Part shown: positions 6,694 to 17,336 of the stretch, in pieces | How positions within the stretch are numbered: position 1 is the stretch's first letter | How the letters are laid out: every line of letters begins with the position of its first letter | IMG/VR virus record: IMGVR_UViG_3300008108_000202 | DNA from: an uncultured virus (IMG/VR IMGVR_UViG_3300008108_000202) | Lineage: Duplodnaviria; Heunggongvirae; Uroviricota; Caudoviricetes | DNA length: 64,000 bases | Strand: one strand, 5' to 3' | The notes under the pieces: model-generated | The model's database searches: none | What the model saw: only the letters and a program-made list of their open reading frames with translations | Told to the model about the DNA's origin: nothing | Position numbers and translations under genes: made by a program

Positions 6694-8829
6694 TTATTTT
6701 TGTATTTTTGGGGAATATGTGACTCTATTATGTCCTTTTCTACCAACCTCATTAAACTTATCAAAATTTATTGGGTTCCATTTTTTAAACCTCTCACTCC
6801 AAATATAGAAATCATAATTATCTTTATCCCTTTCCAGTTTTTCAAATTCAAAATCATTTAAAACTTCTTTTGTTGATTTTGGTTTAAGTGTAATTTTATC
6901 ATCTTGTACTGGTTCTAACTTACCAAATAATTCTTCATCCTTTATATTATCCGTTTTTGTTGTTTCATTTGGTTTTCCGATTTGTTGTTTACCTCCAAAC
7001 CACTTTTCGGCAGACCTATCCAATTCTTCTTCAGTTCCAAATTCAAGCATGTTAGAAGCAATATTTTCTTGACTTACTTTACTTAATTGTTCTTCTAAGA
7101 CTCTAGCTTGTTCTTCTGCCTCCGGTAATCCTTTTTGTTGTATCAAATAATAGAGTTTTCTAATATCAGAATTTTGTCTATCCTCATCTCTACCAAAAAC
7201 CGCCAAATATAATTTATCAATACCTACCATAGTTCCACCAACATTTATTAACATTTTTGGGATAGTACCAACTGGGAATTCCTTTTTAAATGAATTAATA
7301 ATCCACGACATTGTTTGGTAGAACTTTTTTAAAGATTCCTTTGGTGATAGTTTACTCACCTCCTTCAAAAAGTTGGATGGGATGTTTTTAGTTACATTTT
7401 TACTAATTTGTTTTTCAACTCCCTGAGTGATTTCCTTCTCTATTACGCCAAGCTCCTTTTTCAAATTTTGATAAACAACTTTTTGGGTGGTTTCTAATTC
7501 ACCTTTAGCACCTTTCTCTAATAATTCTAATGTTCCTTCTTTACCTAATTTAACCGCAGTTTTAGATCCTCTAAGAACTTTTAAAAATTCACCACCAGGA
7601 ATAATCTCAAGGGCTAACATCATTGATCCCATATATTTATCACCCTCATAGAAATATGTTGCCGAATCACCCAAACCTGCCGCTGTTGATACACCTAATA
7701 GAATTGGGCTTAATGGTGAAGGTATTAATCCTAAAATTAATGTACCAATTTCAACAATAGTTAAAAAAGTGTGCATATCAGAAGATGTCATTTCTCCTGT
7801 TGGATATCCACCTTTCCATCCAGGTACTTTAACCAATTTTGGGTAGTCAGCGATTTTTATTTGTGATAAATTATCTGTACCCCAATACGTAGTAAACCAA
7901 TTCCACCAACCATCAGGAAATAATTCTGATCTATATGCATTTTTGTCTAATTTAAATGTATCATTTAAATCTTTCTGTATTTTACCCCAATCAAAATAGA
8001 AATTGGTTAAAAATGTATATTGTGGTGGTTTTAATCCTTGAGCATTTTCGTCTTTTTTTGAATTAACTTTATTTGCCATGCTCAAATTAAAACTATCTAC
8101 GGTCATATAAGATCCTGGAGGACAAGTACTCCCAACTTTTTTTACACAAACTGAATATGCACTATCACCGGCACCAACTATTCTTTGTTGTATTTTATCT
8201 GTTAATTTTTTTGTTGCTCTAATTGCAGCAAGAGCAAATGCGTGGTTATTACTAATCGCACCACTAGGATCTAATCCGTTTGATTTTAAAAAATCAATTG
8301 TGGGTTTTAATTCTTCTGTTGCCTTTTCCGATTTTATTTGTTTCAAATGGTCTTTATATTGTTGACCATATTTAACCCAAGCCTTTCTAATATATTCATT
8401 ATCATAAGCACCTTTCGGACTCAAATTAATAGTTTTTGCAAATTCAGGGTCTTTGTTTATAATCCAACTTCTAAATTTATTTCCTTGATCTGTATTTTTT
8501 ATATAAAAAACGGATCCAATACCTGATTTTTTAAAAACATTTGATAATACTGAAATTGCATTTTTATCTTTTGTTGAATCAAGATCAACATATTGATCAT
8601 TAAATTCTATTCTAGACCATTTACCATCAGAAGGAGTCCAATAATAGGTTTTACCTGTTGGGCTGTCAATTCTAATTCTATTGTATTCCTTTTCATATGT
8701 TACAATATAATCACCAACTTTTGCCGATTGCTCAACCAATACAACATTATAGTTTTCCTTTAATGTCATTTTTGAATCGTACTTCATATTAAGAAGAACT
8801 CTATGTAATATGTCCTCCATATTATTCAT
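6694..8829 (-). CDS. Large hypothetical protein with hydrophobic hairpin (possible virion/ejected protein)
   Basis: 711 aa; FLTIVEIGTLILGLIPSPLSPILLGVSTAAG hydrophobic region. Confidence 0.75.
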   Translation of the reverse strand: MNNMEDILHRVLLNMKYDSKMTLKENYNVVLVEQSAKVGDYIVTYEKEYNRIRIDSPTGKTYYWTPSDGKWSRIEFNDQYVDLDSTKDKNAISVLSNVFKKSGIGSVFYIKNTDQGNKFRSWIINKDPEFAKTINLSPKGAYDNEYIRKAWVKYGQQYKDHLKQIKSEKATEELKPTIDFLKSNGLDPSGAISNNHAFALAAIRATKKLTDKIQQRIVGAGDSAYSVCVKKVGSTCPPGSYMTVDSFNLSMANKVNSKKDENAQGLKPPQYTFLTNFYFDWGKIQKDLNDTFKLDKNAYRSELFPDGWWNWFTTYWGTDNLSQIKIADYPKLVKVPGWKGGYPTGEMTSSDMHTFLTIVEIGTLILGLIPSPLSPILLGVSTAAGLGDSATYFYEGDKYMGSMMLALEIIPGGEFLKVLRGSKTAVKLGKEGTLELLEKGAKGELETTQKVVYQNLKKELGVIEKEITQGVEKQISKNVTKNIPSNFLKEVSKLSPKESLKKFYQTMSWIINSFKKEFPVGTIPKMLINVGGTMVGIDKLYLAVFGRDEDRQNSDIRKLYYLIQQKGLPEAEEQARVLEEQLSKVSQENIASNMLEFGTEEELDRSAEKWFGGKQQIGKPNETTKTDNIKDEELFGKLEPVQDDKITLKPKSTKEVLNDFEFEKLERDKDNYDFYIWSERFKKWNPINFDKFNEVGRKGHNRVTYSPKIQK

Positions 8830-9077
8830 AATAACGTATTCGCCTTTCCTCTAACAAGTTTATTCAAGGATTTCCAAGTTACCTTATAATCTATTTGGTT
8901 TGCCACACTTCTTGTTAATCCTGTTTCCCATTTTGTGACCGCAGGATAACCTTCACCCCCACCACCTGAAGATGGAGCTGCCGCGGCGGCATCATCTTGC
9001 TCACCAATTTCACCCTCATTATCGGTAAAAGTATATTTCTTCATTAAGAAAATTAAATCATCTAAATTTGCTTCCAT
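8826..9077 (-). CDS. Hypothetical protein
   Basis: 83 aa; stop overlaps next start. Confidence 0.7.
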   Translation of the reverse strand: MEANLDDLIFLMKKYTFTDNEGEIGEQDDAAAAAPSSGGGGEGYPAVTKWETGLTRSVANQIDYKVTWKSLNKLVRGKANTLL

Positions 9078-9152
9078 AATTATTTATATAAATACTTGTG
9101 GGAATGTAAAATTTTTGTATCTTTGTGATATAAGTTAATAAATAAACCAAAT

Positions 9153-9659
9153 ATGAAAAGCATTTTTTATTTTATCGTTTCAATCTTTATTCTAACTTCT
9201 TGTGTTAAGTATGAACAAGCACCTCTATTGAGTTTGAGTGGTGAATACCGTGTTGATAAGATCACATATGAAGAAGTTGATAACACTTCTTCAAGTAATA
9301 ACTATGTTTATTACCCTGGTGATCTATATGTTAACCCAAGTGAGGTATTTCCAATGGATACTATTGAGGTTGGTTTTACAAGAATTCATATGGATTATTC
9401 TATGATGAGATTTAAACCTATTGATAATCCTGACGGATCTGTTACTTGGACTAAGGAGTGCTACTACTACGTTCACGGTCAAACCACACAATATGATCTT
9501 GGGTATATTCAAGTTCAAATTGATGGATCAACTCGTACATTTAAGATTATTGATGATGGTGATGAATCTTTGGTGTTGAGAACTACGGGTACTTGGGCTA
9601 GTGGTAGTGCCGGATCTGATGTTTCCGTAACAATGTTTTTGACAAGAGTCGGGCCTTGA
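9153..9659 (+). CDS. Lipoprotein (beta-rich, lipocalin-like)
   Basis: Signal peptide with lipobox LTSC; TATCTTTG promoter upstream. Confidence 0.75.
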   Translation: MKSIFYFIVSIFILTSCVKYEQAPLLSLSGEYRVDKITYEEVDNTSSSNNYVYYPGDLYVNPSEVFPMDTIEVGFTRIHMDYSMMRFKPIDNPDGSVTWTKECYYYVHGQTTQYDLGYIQVQIDGSTRTFKIIDDGDESLVLRTTGTWASGSAGSDVSVTMFLTRVGP

Positions 9660-9670
9660 TTGTCCGACTC

Positions 9671-9979
9671 TTAAAATAATTCAGGTTTAGGTAATTTTTT
9701 TGGATTTACGATATAGTATTCGTTAAGATAGGAGATTAACATTTCTTCATCAATGGTATCAAAATCTCCAAAGTCGTCAAATTCTTCCTCATCTTCATCC
9801 TCTTCATCATATAGATCAAAGGCTTCTTGTATTAAATCATAACCAAACTCTTCGGCTTCATCAATATTGATTATATCATTTCTGACCTCATCTTCATCAT
9901 CATTCATCATTCTGAATGATACTTCAATTCTTCTTGAGGTTTCGTGTATATAATATGAAACTATTTCGCTGACTTCCAT
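9671..9979 (-). CDS. Acidic hypothetical protein
   Basis: 102 aa, very D/E rich. Confidence 0.75.
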   Translation of the reverse strand: MEVSEIVSYYIHETSRRIEVSFRMMNDDEDEVRNDIINIDEAEEFGYDLIQEAFDLYDEEDEDEEEFDDFGDFDTIDEEMLISYLNEYYIVNPKKLPKPELF

Positions 9980-10017
9980 TTGTTTCGAACATAAACCATT
10001 ATAAGATAAAAGAAATA

Positions 10018-10707
10018 TTAGTTATATTTTTTAAACCTTTTGAACATATCTAAAGATTCATTTATCTTTTGAGTTAATTCAGGTAATATTTCCTCATCAA
10101 CATCATTTGTAAATTCATCTTCCATTATTGGGTCAAAATCGTCATCCTCATCGTAGTCATCACCATAATTAAAATCATCTTCATAATAATCATTATATTT
10201 CTCAAAATCATCATCCATTTCAGATCCAACTAATCTTGTACCCTCAAAATCAGACATTCCTGGTTCAAATATCTTTGGTAATTTTCTGTAATTTTCAGGA
10301 GAGTAATCATCAAAACGTATCTTCATTCTATGATCATCCCAACCTTCCTCAACTTCACCACAATCGGAACATTTATCTTCCAATCCAAGTGAGATATACT
10401 CAATATTCTCGTCCTCCCAGTTTGTTTCACCATCAATATCAACGGTTCCATTGATTAGATCCATATCACCATCTCCAATCATATCCAATCCTGAATGTGA
10501 TTCGTTTATACCAATGTTTGTATATGTCTTAACCTCACCTTTATTGTTAACTGTAATTCCTTCCTTATCATTTGCAAAATCTTGCACATAAAGAGGTTGC
10601 TGATTGTTTTGCCCATATTGAGTAACATAACCATCATAAAGTGATTTATGTTGATCTAAAATGTTTTTTCTTTCTGCTGGTGTTATACCAAAAAAATATT
10701 GTGCCAT
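10018..10707 (-). CDS. Acidic hypothetical protein
   Basis: 229 aa; N-terminal E.K.I..QH motif shared with 30166 and 55743 ORFs. Confidence 0.75.
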   Translation of the reverse strand: MAQYFFGITPAERKNILDQHKSLYDGYVTQYGQNNQQPLYVQDFANDKEGITVNNKGEVKTYTNIGINESHSGLDMIGDGDMDLINGTVDIDGETNWEDENIEYISLGLEDKCSDCGEVEEGWDDHRMKIRFDDYSPENYRKLPKIFEPGMSDFEGTRLVGSEMDDDFEKYNDYYEDDFNYGDDYDEDDDFDPIMEDEFTNDVDEEILPELTQKINESLDMFKRFKKYN

Positions 10708-10734
10708 AGTTTTCTTTTTTTATAAATATTAATG

Positions 10735-11382
10735 TTAAGGTATTCTTCCGCCTGCAATTTTAAAGTAGGCAACTATCATCTTTTTTGAGAATTCGTCAAC
10801 CGCCTTACTAACTTTTTTTAAATTAACTTCTTCCCCTTTTTCTTGTAAGTATTTCATAGATCCTCTGATCATTTCATCCCTAACTTCATCCGCCATTTCC
10901 AATACTTTTTCATATTCCTCTTCATTATGAATATTATCATAATGATGTTCATGTTCAATCCTTTCTCTACCCATATAAAGATATGGTCTTGCACCAAACA
11001 TATTTGTTATTGATGATGATCTTAAAGCCTTTAAATATCTGTGTAATAATCCGTGATTAAAGTATCTAAATAATTCTCTATTTTGTTCATAAAAATTTTC
11101 GTTTAAAAAATTCTTTTTTTTTATTACAGTTTCATTTGTGGAAAATACTCTACTTTTTCTTGACTGGGATTCCTTCATCCATTTGTCCGCACCTTCAACC
11201 AAGGAGAGTCTTGATCCATTATCCCAATTTACATAATATATTTTATCACCAAAAACTTCAGAAACACCCATAACAGTTCCTTTCATTCCTGTTGTTATTG
11301 GGAAATCATCATTCATTTGGATACATATTACTCTATCTCCTTCTTCTAATTCCGGGTTATATTTTGACTTATCCATACACAA
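10735..11382 (-). CDS. DUF4314-like domain protein
   Basis: GDRV..IQMND..PI..G.KGTV..V...VNWDNGS.LSL motif. Confidence 0.65.
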   Translation of the reverse strand: MCMDKSKYNPELEEGDRVICIQMNDDFPITTGMKGTVMGVSEVFGDKIYYVNWDNGSRLSLVEGADKWMKESQSRKSRVFSTNETVIKKKNFLNENFYEQNRELFRYFNHGLLHRYLKALRSSSITNMFGARPYLYMGRERIEHEHHYDNIHNEEEYEKVLEMADEVRDEMIRGSMKYLQEKGEEVNLKKVSKAVDEFSKKMIVAYFKIAGGRIP

Positions 11383-11415
11383 ATAAATATATCACAATAT
11401 TTATTTATATAAATT

Positions 11416-12036
11416 ATGAAAATAATAATCACAGAAAACCAAAAAAAATCATTATTAAATGAGTCTATTGCAAATAAAATTGCGGATTCAGTAACTAAAA
11501 TGAAAAATTTCACTAAAAAAGTTATTAGTGAGTCATCCGAACAAACAGGACTTGATTTTTCGTTCTTATTAAGTTGGGGTGCGACTCTTGGGGGTCTTAT
11601 GATTCCTGTTTCTCAATTTATTGAGGGTAATCATCCAGAACTATCCTCAATGGATCTATCTCTTATTATTATTGGTGCAATAACAACATATTATACTTCA
11701 AACAAAAAAATAATATCAAAATTACTTGATGAAATTAAAAAAAGAGGTTTAATTGATATTTTTGATGAAGTGTTGTCAGCTACCGAAAATTTAAAAAACG
11801 TATTTTTGTCTTTCGTTGAGAGTTTAAATATCACCGTTAATAGAATGTCAAATATGTTGGCATATACTTTTATAATACCTCTATTACCTCAATTACTTGA
11901 AATTGCACAATCAGGGTTTGATGAAAATTTAATTAGATCATTATCAATGAGATTGGCTGGGTATGGGGTTGTTACCATCTCAAGTACGGTATTAAAAAAT
12001 TTAATAACAAAGATTATAAAAAGATTTAGAAGTTAA
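11416..12036 (+). CDS. Membrane protein with MKIIITE leader
   Basis: Several hydrophobic segments. Confidence 0.75.
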   Translation: MKIIITENQKKSLLNESIANKIADSVTKMKNFTKKVISESSEQTGLDFSFLLSWGATLGGLMIPVSQFIEGNHPELSSMDLSLIIIGAITTYYTSNKKIISKLLDEIKKRGLIDIFDEVLSATENLKNVFLSFVESLNITVNRMSNMLAYTFIIPLLPQLLEIAQSGFDENLIRSLSMRLAGYGVVTISSTVLKNLITKIIKRFRS

Positions 12037-12419
12037 ATCTCAATTAAGTAATGAATTTCATAACTTAAAATATCCTCAAACATAGTATATTTAAGATCAG
12101 TAATCATACCGCCAGCAAAATTATTTTCATAACTTCTATTTAAATTCAATTTTTCATCAAAACTTATTTTTTTAAATAATTTAAACATTTTACTATTCGT
12201 ATCGTTTAAAACCACAAAAAGGTCTTCAATCATTCCACTAAACTCAATACTTACCTTAACAAACACAGAAAGTGTATATACTCCACCATCATCAAGGTCA
12301 ACATCAAAATCAATTTCTGTATTAGCATCTATTCCACCAACAGAATAAATTATATATTTAATCTTATCAAGTTTTTTTACCAAATCAGGATTATTTCTAA
12401 ATTGTTCTTTATATGACAT
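12033..12419 (-). CDS. Hypothetical protein
   Basis: 128-aa ORF. Confidence 0.7.
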   Translation of the reverse strand: MSYKEQFRNNPDLVKKLDKIKYIIYSVGGIDANTEIDFDVDLDDGGVYTLSVFVKVSIEFSGMIEDLFVVLNDTNSKMFKLFKKISFDEKLNLNRSYENNFAGGMITDLKYTMFEDILSYEIHYLIEI

Positions 12420-13031
12420 TTATTTATGATTTAATATTTTATTTATGATTTTATCACTTTCTTGATCTGACAATCTGTGTAGATCTTTATGGGTGTCAAA
12501 CCATTTTCTAACCACATCCTCAAATGGTTTTTTAGTTAATTTTGATAATCTTTTAAAACCATAATGTTGAGCGTCAATTTCATGTGGTTGACTATAATAA
12601 GTATAAGGATCTGAAGTTGTTTGTCCCCCAATATCATAAGTCTTTTTAATTTCTTGATAAAAATGTCTCAATTCATGTGCAATTAGTTCATTTAGTTCAC
12701 CAATTAAATCATATAAAATACCATTTTTATTTGTTGGGTTATAAGATATATTAATTTCAATCGTTTCCTCCTCATTTACGTAATTTGCATTAACCACAAA
12801 ATCATCCACACTTTCATTTTCCTCAATGGACAAATCAATAGTTAGATTAGACCCAAACTTCTTTATATTATAAACCATTTCATCACGATCCTCAAAATAT
12901 TCAGGTAATGTAAATTCACCATTATCATTTTCTTTAAAAACAATAATAATATCTCTTACCATTTCTCTTATAGTATGTCGCATGGAATTGTTTTCTAGTA
13001 AAACTTTTTTTATACTTTCTCTCAAATTCAT
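12420..13031 (-). CDS. Putative zinc metalloprotease with leader
   Basis: AHELRH (HExxH) plus downstream EIDA; leader MNLRESIKKVLLE. Confidence 0.7.
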   Translation of the reverse strand: MNLRESIKKVLLENNSMRHTIREMVRDIIIVFKENDNGEFTLPEYFEDRDEMVYNIKKFGSNLTIDLSIEENESVDDFVVNANYVNEEETIEINISYNPTNKNGILYDLIGELNELIAHELRHFYQEIKKTYDIGGQTTSDPYTYYSQPHEIDAQHYGFKRLSKLTKKPFEDVVRKWFDTHKDLHRLSDQESDKIINKILNHK

Positions 13032-13100
13032 ATTAATAAATATAGTAATTTTTTTTATAAATTGTTGTTTTTGTTAAACTAAAATATTATCATTGAATCA

Positions 13101-13529
13101 ATGGAATTAATATCAACACATCCTATCAAAAAATCTGATCTTGGTTTTCACGGAAATTTATTCGGAGGAAAATTACTTGCATGGCTTGATGCTTCGGCTG
13201 TTGCTTATGCTATGCAACTATGTGACACACCAAGAATGGTCACAGTATCAATTGATAAATGTATTTTTGAGAAACCCGCAAAAGAAAGTCAATTAGTTAA
13301 AATTTTTGGTTATCCATCAAATTTAGGTTTAACATCGGTTACTCTTTATATTGAAGCGAGGGCTCACAACGTTAGAACTGGTAGACAGGAAATAATATTG
13401 AAAACTCATACCAAATTTGTTTACATTGATGAGGAAGGTCATCCAGTACCAATTGGGGAAAAAGCAAGAAAACGAATACAAACATTAATTGATAAAATAG
13501 AAACAAATGAAGATGAAAAAGAAATTTGA
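13101..13529 (+). CDS. Acyl-CoA thioesterase (hotdog fold, YciA-like)
   Basis: HGNLFGGKLLAWLD...VTVSID...FVYID motifs. Confidence 0.85.
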   Translation: MELISTHPIKKSDLGFHGNLFGGKLLAWLDASAVAYAMQLCDTPRMVTVSIDKCIFEKPAKESQLVKIFGYPSNLGLTSVTLYIEARAHNVRTGRQEIILKTHTKFVYIDEEGHPVPIGEKARKRIQTLIDKIETNEDEKEI

Positions 13530-14472
13530 TTTTGAACACATTACATTATTACCAAATTTGTCTTATGTGGAAACAAGATCAGAATGTGATACCACAATTA
13601 GATTTGGTAAACATAAATTTAGGTTACCTGTTGTTCCTGCAAATATGGAAAGTATCATTAATGAGGAAATGGCTATTGAATTTGCAAAAAAGGGGTATTT
13701 TTATGTTTTACATAGATTTGGTGTTGATCAAATTGAATTCATTAGGGAGACAAAAAAATTAGGGTTGATAAGTTCAATATCAATTGGGGTGAACAATGAT
13801 TCTTATGAACTAATTGATCTGTTATCAGATATTGATATGGTTCCAGATTATATTACAATTGATATTGCTCACGGTCATTCTTTGAAAATGAAGAAAATGA
13901 TCAAACACGTAAAAAGTAAATTACCTCACACATTTTTAATTGGTGGTAATGTTTGTACTCCATCGGCAGTTATTGATCTTGAGGAGTGGGGTTGTGATTC
14001 CGTTAAAGTTGGCATTGCTGGTGGATCCGCATGCACTACATACCACTCAACAGGATTTGGTAATCGTGGTTGGCAGGCAAATATGATTATGGATTGTTCT
14101 AAAGTTGCAAAAAAACCTATAATTGCGGACGGATCAATTAAAGAACATTCAGATATAGTTAAAAGTCTTGTACTGGGAGCTTCAATGGTTATGATTGGGG
14201 GGATGTTTGCCGGATATAAAGAGTCACCGGGTAAACTAATTCAAAAAGATAAAAATTGGTATAAAACTTTTTGGGGATCCGCATCATCAGAACAAAGTGG
14301 TAAATCAAGTAGAATTGAGGGGACAAAAATTTTAGTACCATATAAGGAAGAATCAATTTTTGATAAACTTAATGAAATTGAGGAATCATTACAAAGTGCC
14401 ATATCCTATGCTGGGGGTAATCCCGCAACACTTGATTGTTTTTGTACCGTTGAGTACGTTGTGGTAAAATAA
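13507..14472 (+). CDS. guaC: GMP reductase
   Basis: PVVPANM, ITIDIAHGHS, KVGIAGGSACTT, IIADG, LQSAISYAG. Confidence 0.92.
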   Translation: MKMKKKFDFEHITLLPNLSYVETRSECDTTIRFGKHKFRLPVVPANMESIINEEMAIEFAKKGYFYVLHRFGVDQIEFIRETKKLGLISSISIGVNNDSYELIDLLSDIDMVPDYITIDIAHGHSLKMKKMIKHVKSKLPHTFLIGGNVCTPSAVIDLEEWGCDSVKVGIAGGSACTTYHSTGFGNRGWQANMIMDCSKVAKKPIIADGSIKEHSDIVKSLVLGASMVMIGGMFAGYKESPGKLIQKDKNWYKTFWGSASSEQSGKSSRIEGTKILVPYKEESIFDKLNEIEESLQSAISYAGGNPATLDCFCTVEYVVVK

Positions 14473-15477
14473 TTATAATTCCTTTATTTTAATTACCAAA
14501 TCACCATTTCCTTTAATGACTCTGTGAAATGTTTCGGAGGGGATTTTAAAACGATCCCCTTCTTTTAACATTTTAGGTAATTCATTATCCATTTGGAATT
14601 TCCATCCACTTCCTTTTACAACTTCAACTATTCTATCTCTTTCATCACGATGCCATTTAAGTTCGTGATCATCAATATTCTCATCAAAAACTCTGGTTTT
14701 TATTCCGTTTTTAATTGTTTGGTTAAATGGTAATGTGGATTCGTCAAGTTTTCTACCTAAACATTTTAATTCCCATTCTAAATTTTGTTTATGACTTTCA
14801 ATTGTTGAACTACTACCCCCTTTTATTTCGGCATCTTTTAATTGAGGGATTCCATCCCTTAAAATGGGTATCATTTTTTTTATTTGGATGTTAGATCTAT
14901 CTGAATCATCCTGAGTAAATGGTTTTTCAAATAATGAGATTATTCTAACACTTAACCCATCGTTGTATTTTTCTTTACCCACAATTGAGGTATATCCAAC
15001 AAAATTTTCACTTTTTAATGGTTTAAATCTTGATAAGAATTTATTGATTCTATTTTCCATTCTTTGGAAATATTCTTCAGTATATTTTTCTTCTTTAATT
15101 GTCATTTTTTGTTCAGGTAGAAATTTTCTTACTTGAGGTATTAATTCGTCCTCATATTTTTTATAATCATTTTTTGTTTTCATATGAATATCATAGTCCG
15201 CCTCTTCAAGAATCGGGAAAATAATTTTAATTCTTTTAATTAATTCCAATCCGTGTTGTCTTGCCATATTTTTTGCAGGATATGTTAAGAATTTATTAAA
15301 AATGTAAAATAAATTTATGGTGTAATTTGATTGAAATCTGTTCCACAAAATATACGGATCTATTTTAATAAACTTAAAGTCAACATCATCTGTTCCATAC
15401 ACAAAAGGCTCATAATTATCAATAATTTTTCTTATTGATAATTCTAACCTATCAATCATTTTCTTATTTAATTTCAT
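14473..15477 (-). CDS. Multi-domain hypothetical protein with C-terminal cupin-like domain
   Basis: ELKWHRD...FHRVIKG cupin-like motifs. Confidence 0.7.
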   Translation of the reverse strand: MKLNKKMIDRLELSIRKIIDNYEPFVYGTDDVDFKFIKIDPYILWNRFQSNYTINLFYIFNKFLTYPAKNMARQHGLELIKRIKIIFPILEEADYDIHMKTKNDYKKYEDELIPQVRKFLPEQKMTIKEEKYTEEYFQRMENRINKFLSRFKPLKSENFVGYTSIVGKEKYNDGLSVRIISLFEKPFTQDDSDRSNIQIKKMIPILRDGIPQLKDAEIKGGSSSTIESHKQNLEWELKCLGRKLDESTLPFNQTIKNGIKTRVFDENIDDHELKWHRDERDRIVEVVKGSGWKFQMDNELPKMLKEGDRFKIPSETFHRVIKGNGDLVIKIKEL

Positions 15478-15480
15478 AAA

Positions 15481-16116
15481 TCACCAATAACCTCCATATG
15501 TTTTACCACCCCATAGATGACCATAACGATTAATTCTACAAGCCCAATAACCTGCCTTCATTCTGTCTTTCTTATCTTTACAATTATGACGAGCTGCAAA
15601 TCTTCTTCTCGCCTCAGGATTTGACACTTTAGCGGTTAAACCACCTTTAACATCTCCAAATGTTATTTTTTTGATCTTACCTGTTGATGGATTTTTAACA
15701 TATACTTTATATTTCTTTCCACCACCAGTATTCCTCATAGGGTATCCAACCTTAACTTTTTTACCCTGATATTCAGCCTCAGACAATAGTTCTTCTTCTG
15801 TCATTAGATAAGGACAATCTAAAGAAACAATCTCCCCGGTACTTAATTTTACTCTTTTACCTAAATCAGTTTCAATTAACCATTTATCACTATTACTTAA
15901 TTGAATAAAACCTAAATTGTGTAGATCTCTAACCTCACAAACCAGATCAAAGTAAGAATCAGAATACGGTCTGAAAACATTTTCGGTTAATGAAATTCCA
16001 TTATTTAAATGATAGGACAGGTCATCAGATATAACCACATTTTCAGTTAACATCATTTTTTTTGGTGAAAAAGACTCATTTAAGACCCTTTTTACTATAT
16101 GTTCAATTTTATTCAT
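15481..16116 (-). CDS. Hypothetical protein with leader and basic C-terminal domain
   Basis: IVKRVLNE leader; ARRRFAARHNC...AGYWAC. Confidence 0.75.
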   Translation of the reverse strand: MNKIEHIVKRVLNESFSPKKMMLTENVVISDDLSYHLNNGISLTENVFRPYSDSYFDLVCEVRDLHNLGFIQLSNSDKWLIETDLGKRVKLSTGEIVSLDCPYLMTEEELLSEAEYQGKKVKVGYPMRNTGGGKKYKVYVKNPSTGKIKKITFGDVKGGLTAKVSNPEARRRFAARHNCKDKKDRMKAGYWACRINRYGHLWGGKTYGGYW

Positions 16117-16192
16117 ATTAATATATATTTATATACATAAATACCATAAAACTTATTGTTTATTAGATATTTATTTAAAAAGTTTTTTTACT

Positions 16193-16717
16193 ATGAAAAG
16201 ATTAATAAAAGAAAGTGATATTAAAAGAGCACTTTATAAAATTATTAAAGAGGATAATATGGATTCCTCCAAAAAAAGAGAAGTTAAACCAAGATGTATT
16301 CCTGAAAATGTCATCCAATTAGATGAGATTGTTGGGGACTCTGAAGATTTTGGTAGATACTCTTCAGGTATCTCTAAAAGAAATAGAGGTGTTAATGGAT
16401 TTGTTGACACATTAGGAATATTAAACAACATCAGATTATTTAAGGATGTTAAGGACGGTGGTGAACATTTGGCATATGAAATGATGAACAATTTAAATCG
16501 TTTCAGAAATAAAAACTATTATGATGAAACAAGTGGTCAATGTAATAAAGCAATGGATAAGATCCTTGAACTTTACAAAGAGAATGAACACGGAACAGAA
16601 TTAGTTAAGGACATTGAGAAGGTTTTAAACCTACAAGTTAGAGAAGATGAGTATACCCCTTCTCCAAGAACAAAAGAGTATTTAAAACAATGTATTAACC
16701 TTATAAAAGGTGTATAA
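16193..16717 (+). CDS. Hypothetical protein with leader
   Basis: 174-aa ORF. Confidence 0.75.
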   Translation: MKRLIKESDIKRALYKIIKEDNMDSSKKREVKPRCIPENVIQLDEIVGDSEDFGRYSSGISKRNRGVNGFVDTLGILNNIRLFKDVKDGGEHLAYEMMNNLNRFRNKNYYDETSGQCNKAMDKILELYKENEHGTELVKDIEKVLNLQVREDEYTPSPRTKEYLKQCINLIKGV

Positions 16718-16829
16718 TTTTTAATTAGGGCCGTTGTCGTTAAGGCAACATCTAAAAGGGACAATTCGCTACTGTCCCTTTTTTATTTGTAAAATATTTA
16801 TTGTAAATAAACCTAAAAATATAAATAAA

Positions 16830-16961
16830 ATGGCAAAGGCAAAAGGATCATCATCATCACAACTAAAACAAAGTTTTGGTAAAAAAAGAGTAGGTAAATT
16901 AAAGAGAAAATATGGCCCTAAAGAACAAAAACCAAAGGCATATAGAGGACAAGGTAGGTAA
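16830..16961 (+). CDS. Small basic protein ending YRGQGR
   Basis: 43 aa K/R-rich; start after A-rich spacer. Confidence 0.65.
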   Translation: MAKAKGSSSSQLKQSFGKKRVGKLKRKYGPKEQKPKAYRGQGR

Positions 16962-17014
16962 TATAGGTTTTTTACAAAAAATGTAAATATTTATAGTAAT
17001 AAAAAACAAAAATT

Positions 17015-17248
17015 ATGAAGAAAAATTTTTTTAGAGAAATGTTTACAGATGAGAACGATGTAGTATCATCAAAAAGAATTGCCGGTATGTTATGTGTTGT
17101 TGCATTAGTGATCTCATTAGTTGCAAACACTTTCACTCACGGAGACATTAAACCTTCAGATGCATTGGTTGATGCGGTTGCATTATTCGCATTTGGGGCG
17201 TTAGGGCTGACCTCAATTGATAAATTCACAAAAAATAAGTTCAAATAA
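17015..17248 (+). CDS. Two-TM small membrane protein (holin-like)
   Basis: SSKR motif followed by two hydrophobic helices, basic tail. Confidence 0.6.
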   Translation: MKKNFFREMFTDENDVVSSKRIAGMLCVVALVISLVANTFTHGDIKPSDALVDAVALFAFGALGLTSIDKFTKNKFK

Positions 17249-17336
17249 AGAGGTTCAATTTAGTTTTTTCATATTATTTTTTTAATTCCCCTCCAAAAGA
17301 GGGGTTTTTATTTAAAAAAAATGTTATCTTTGTATT

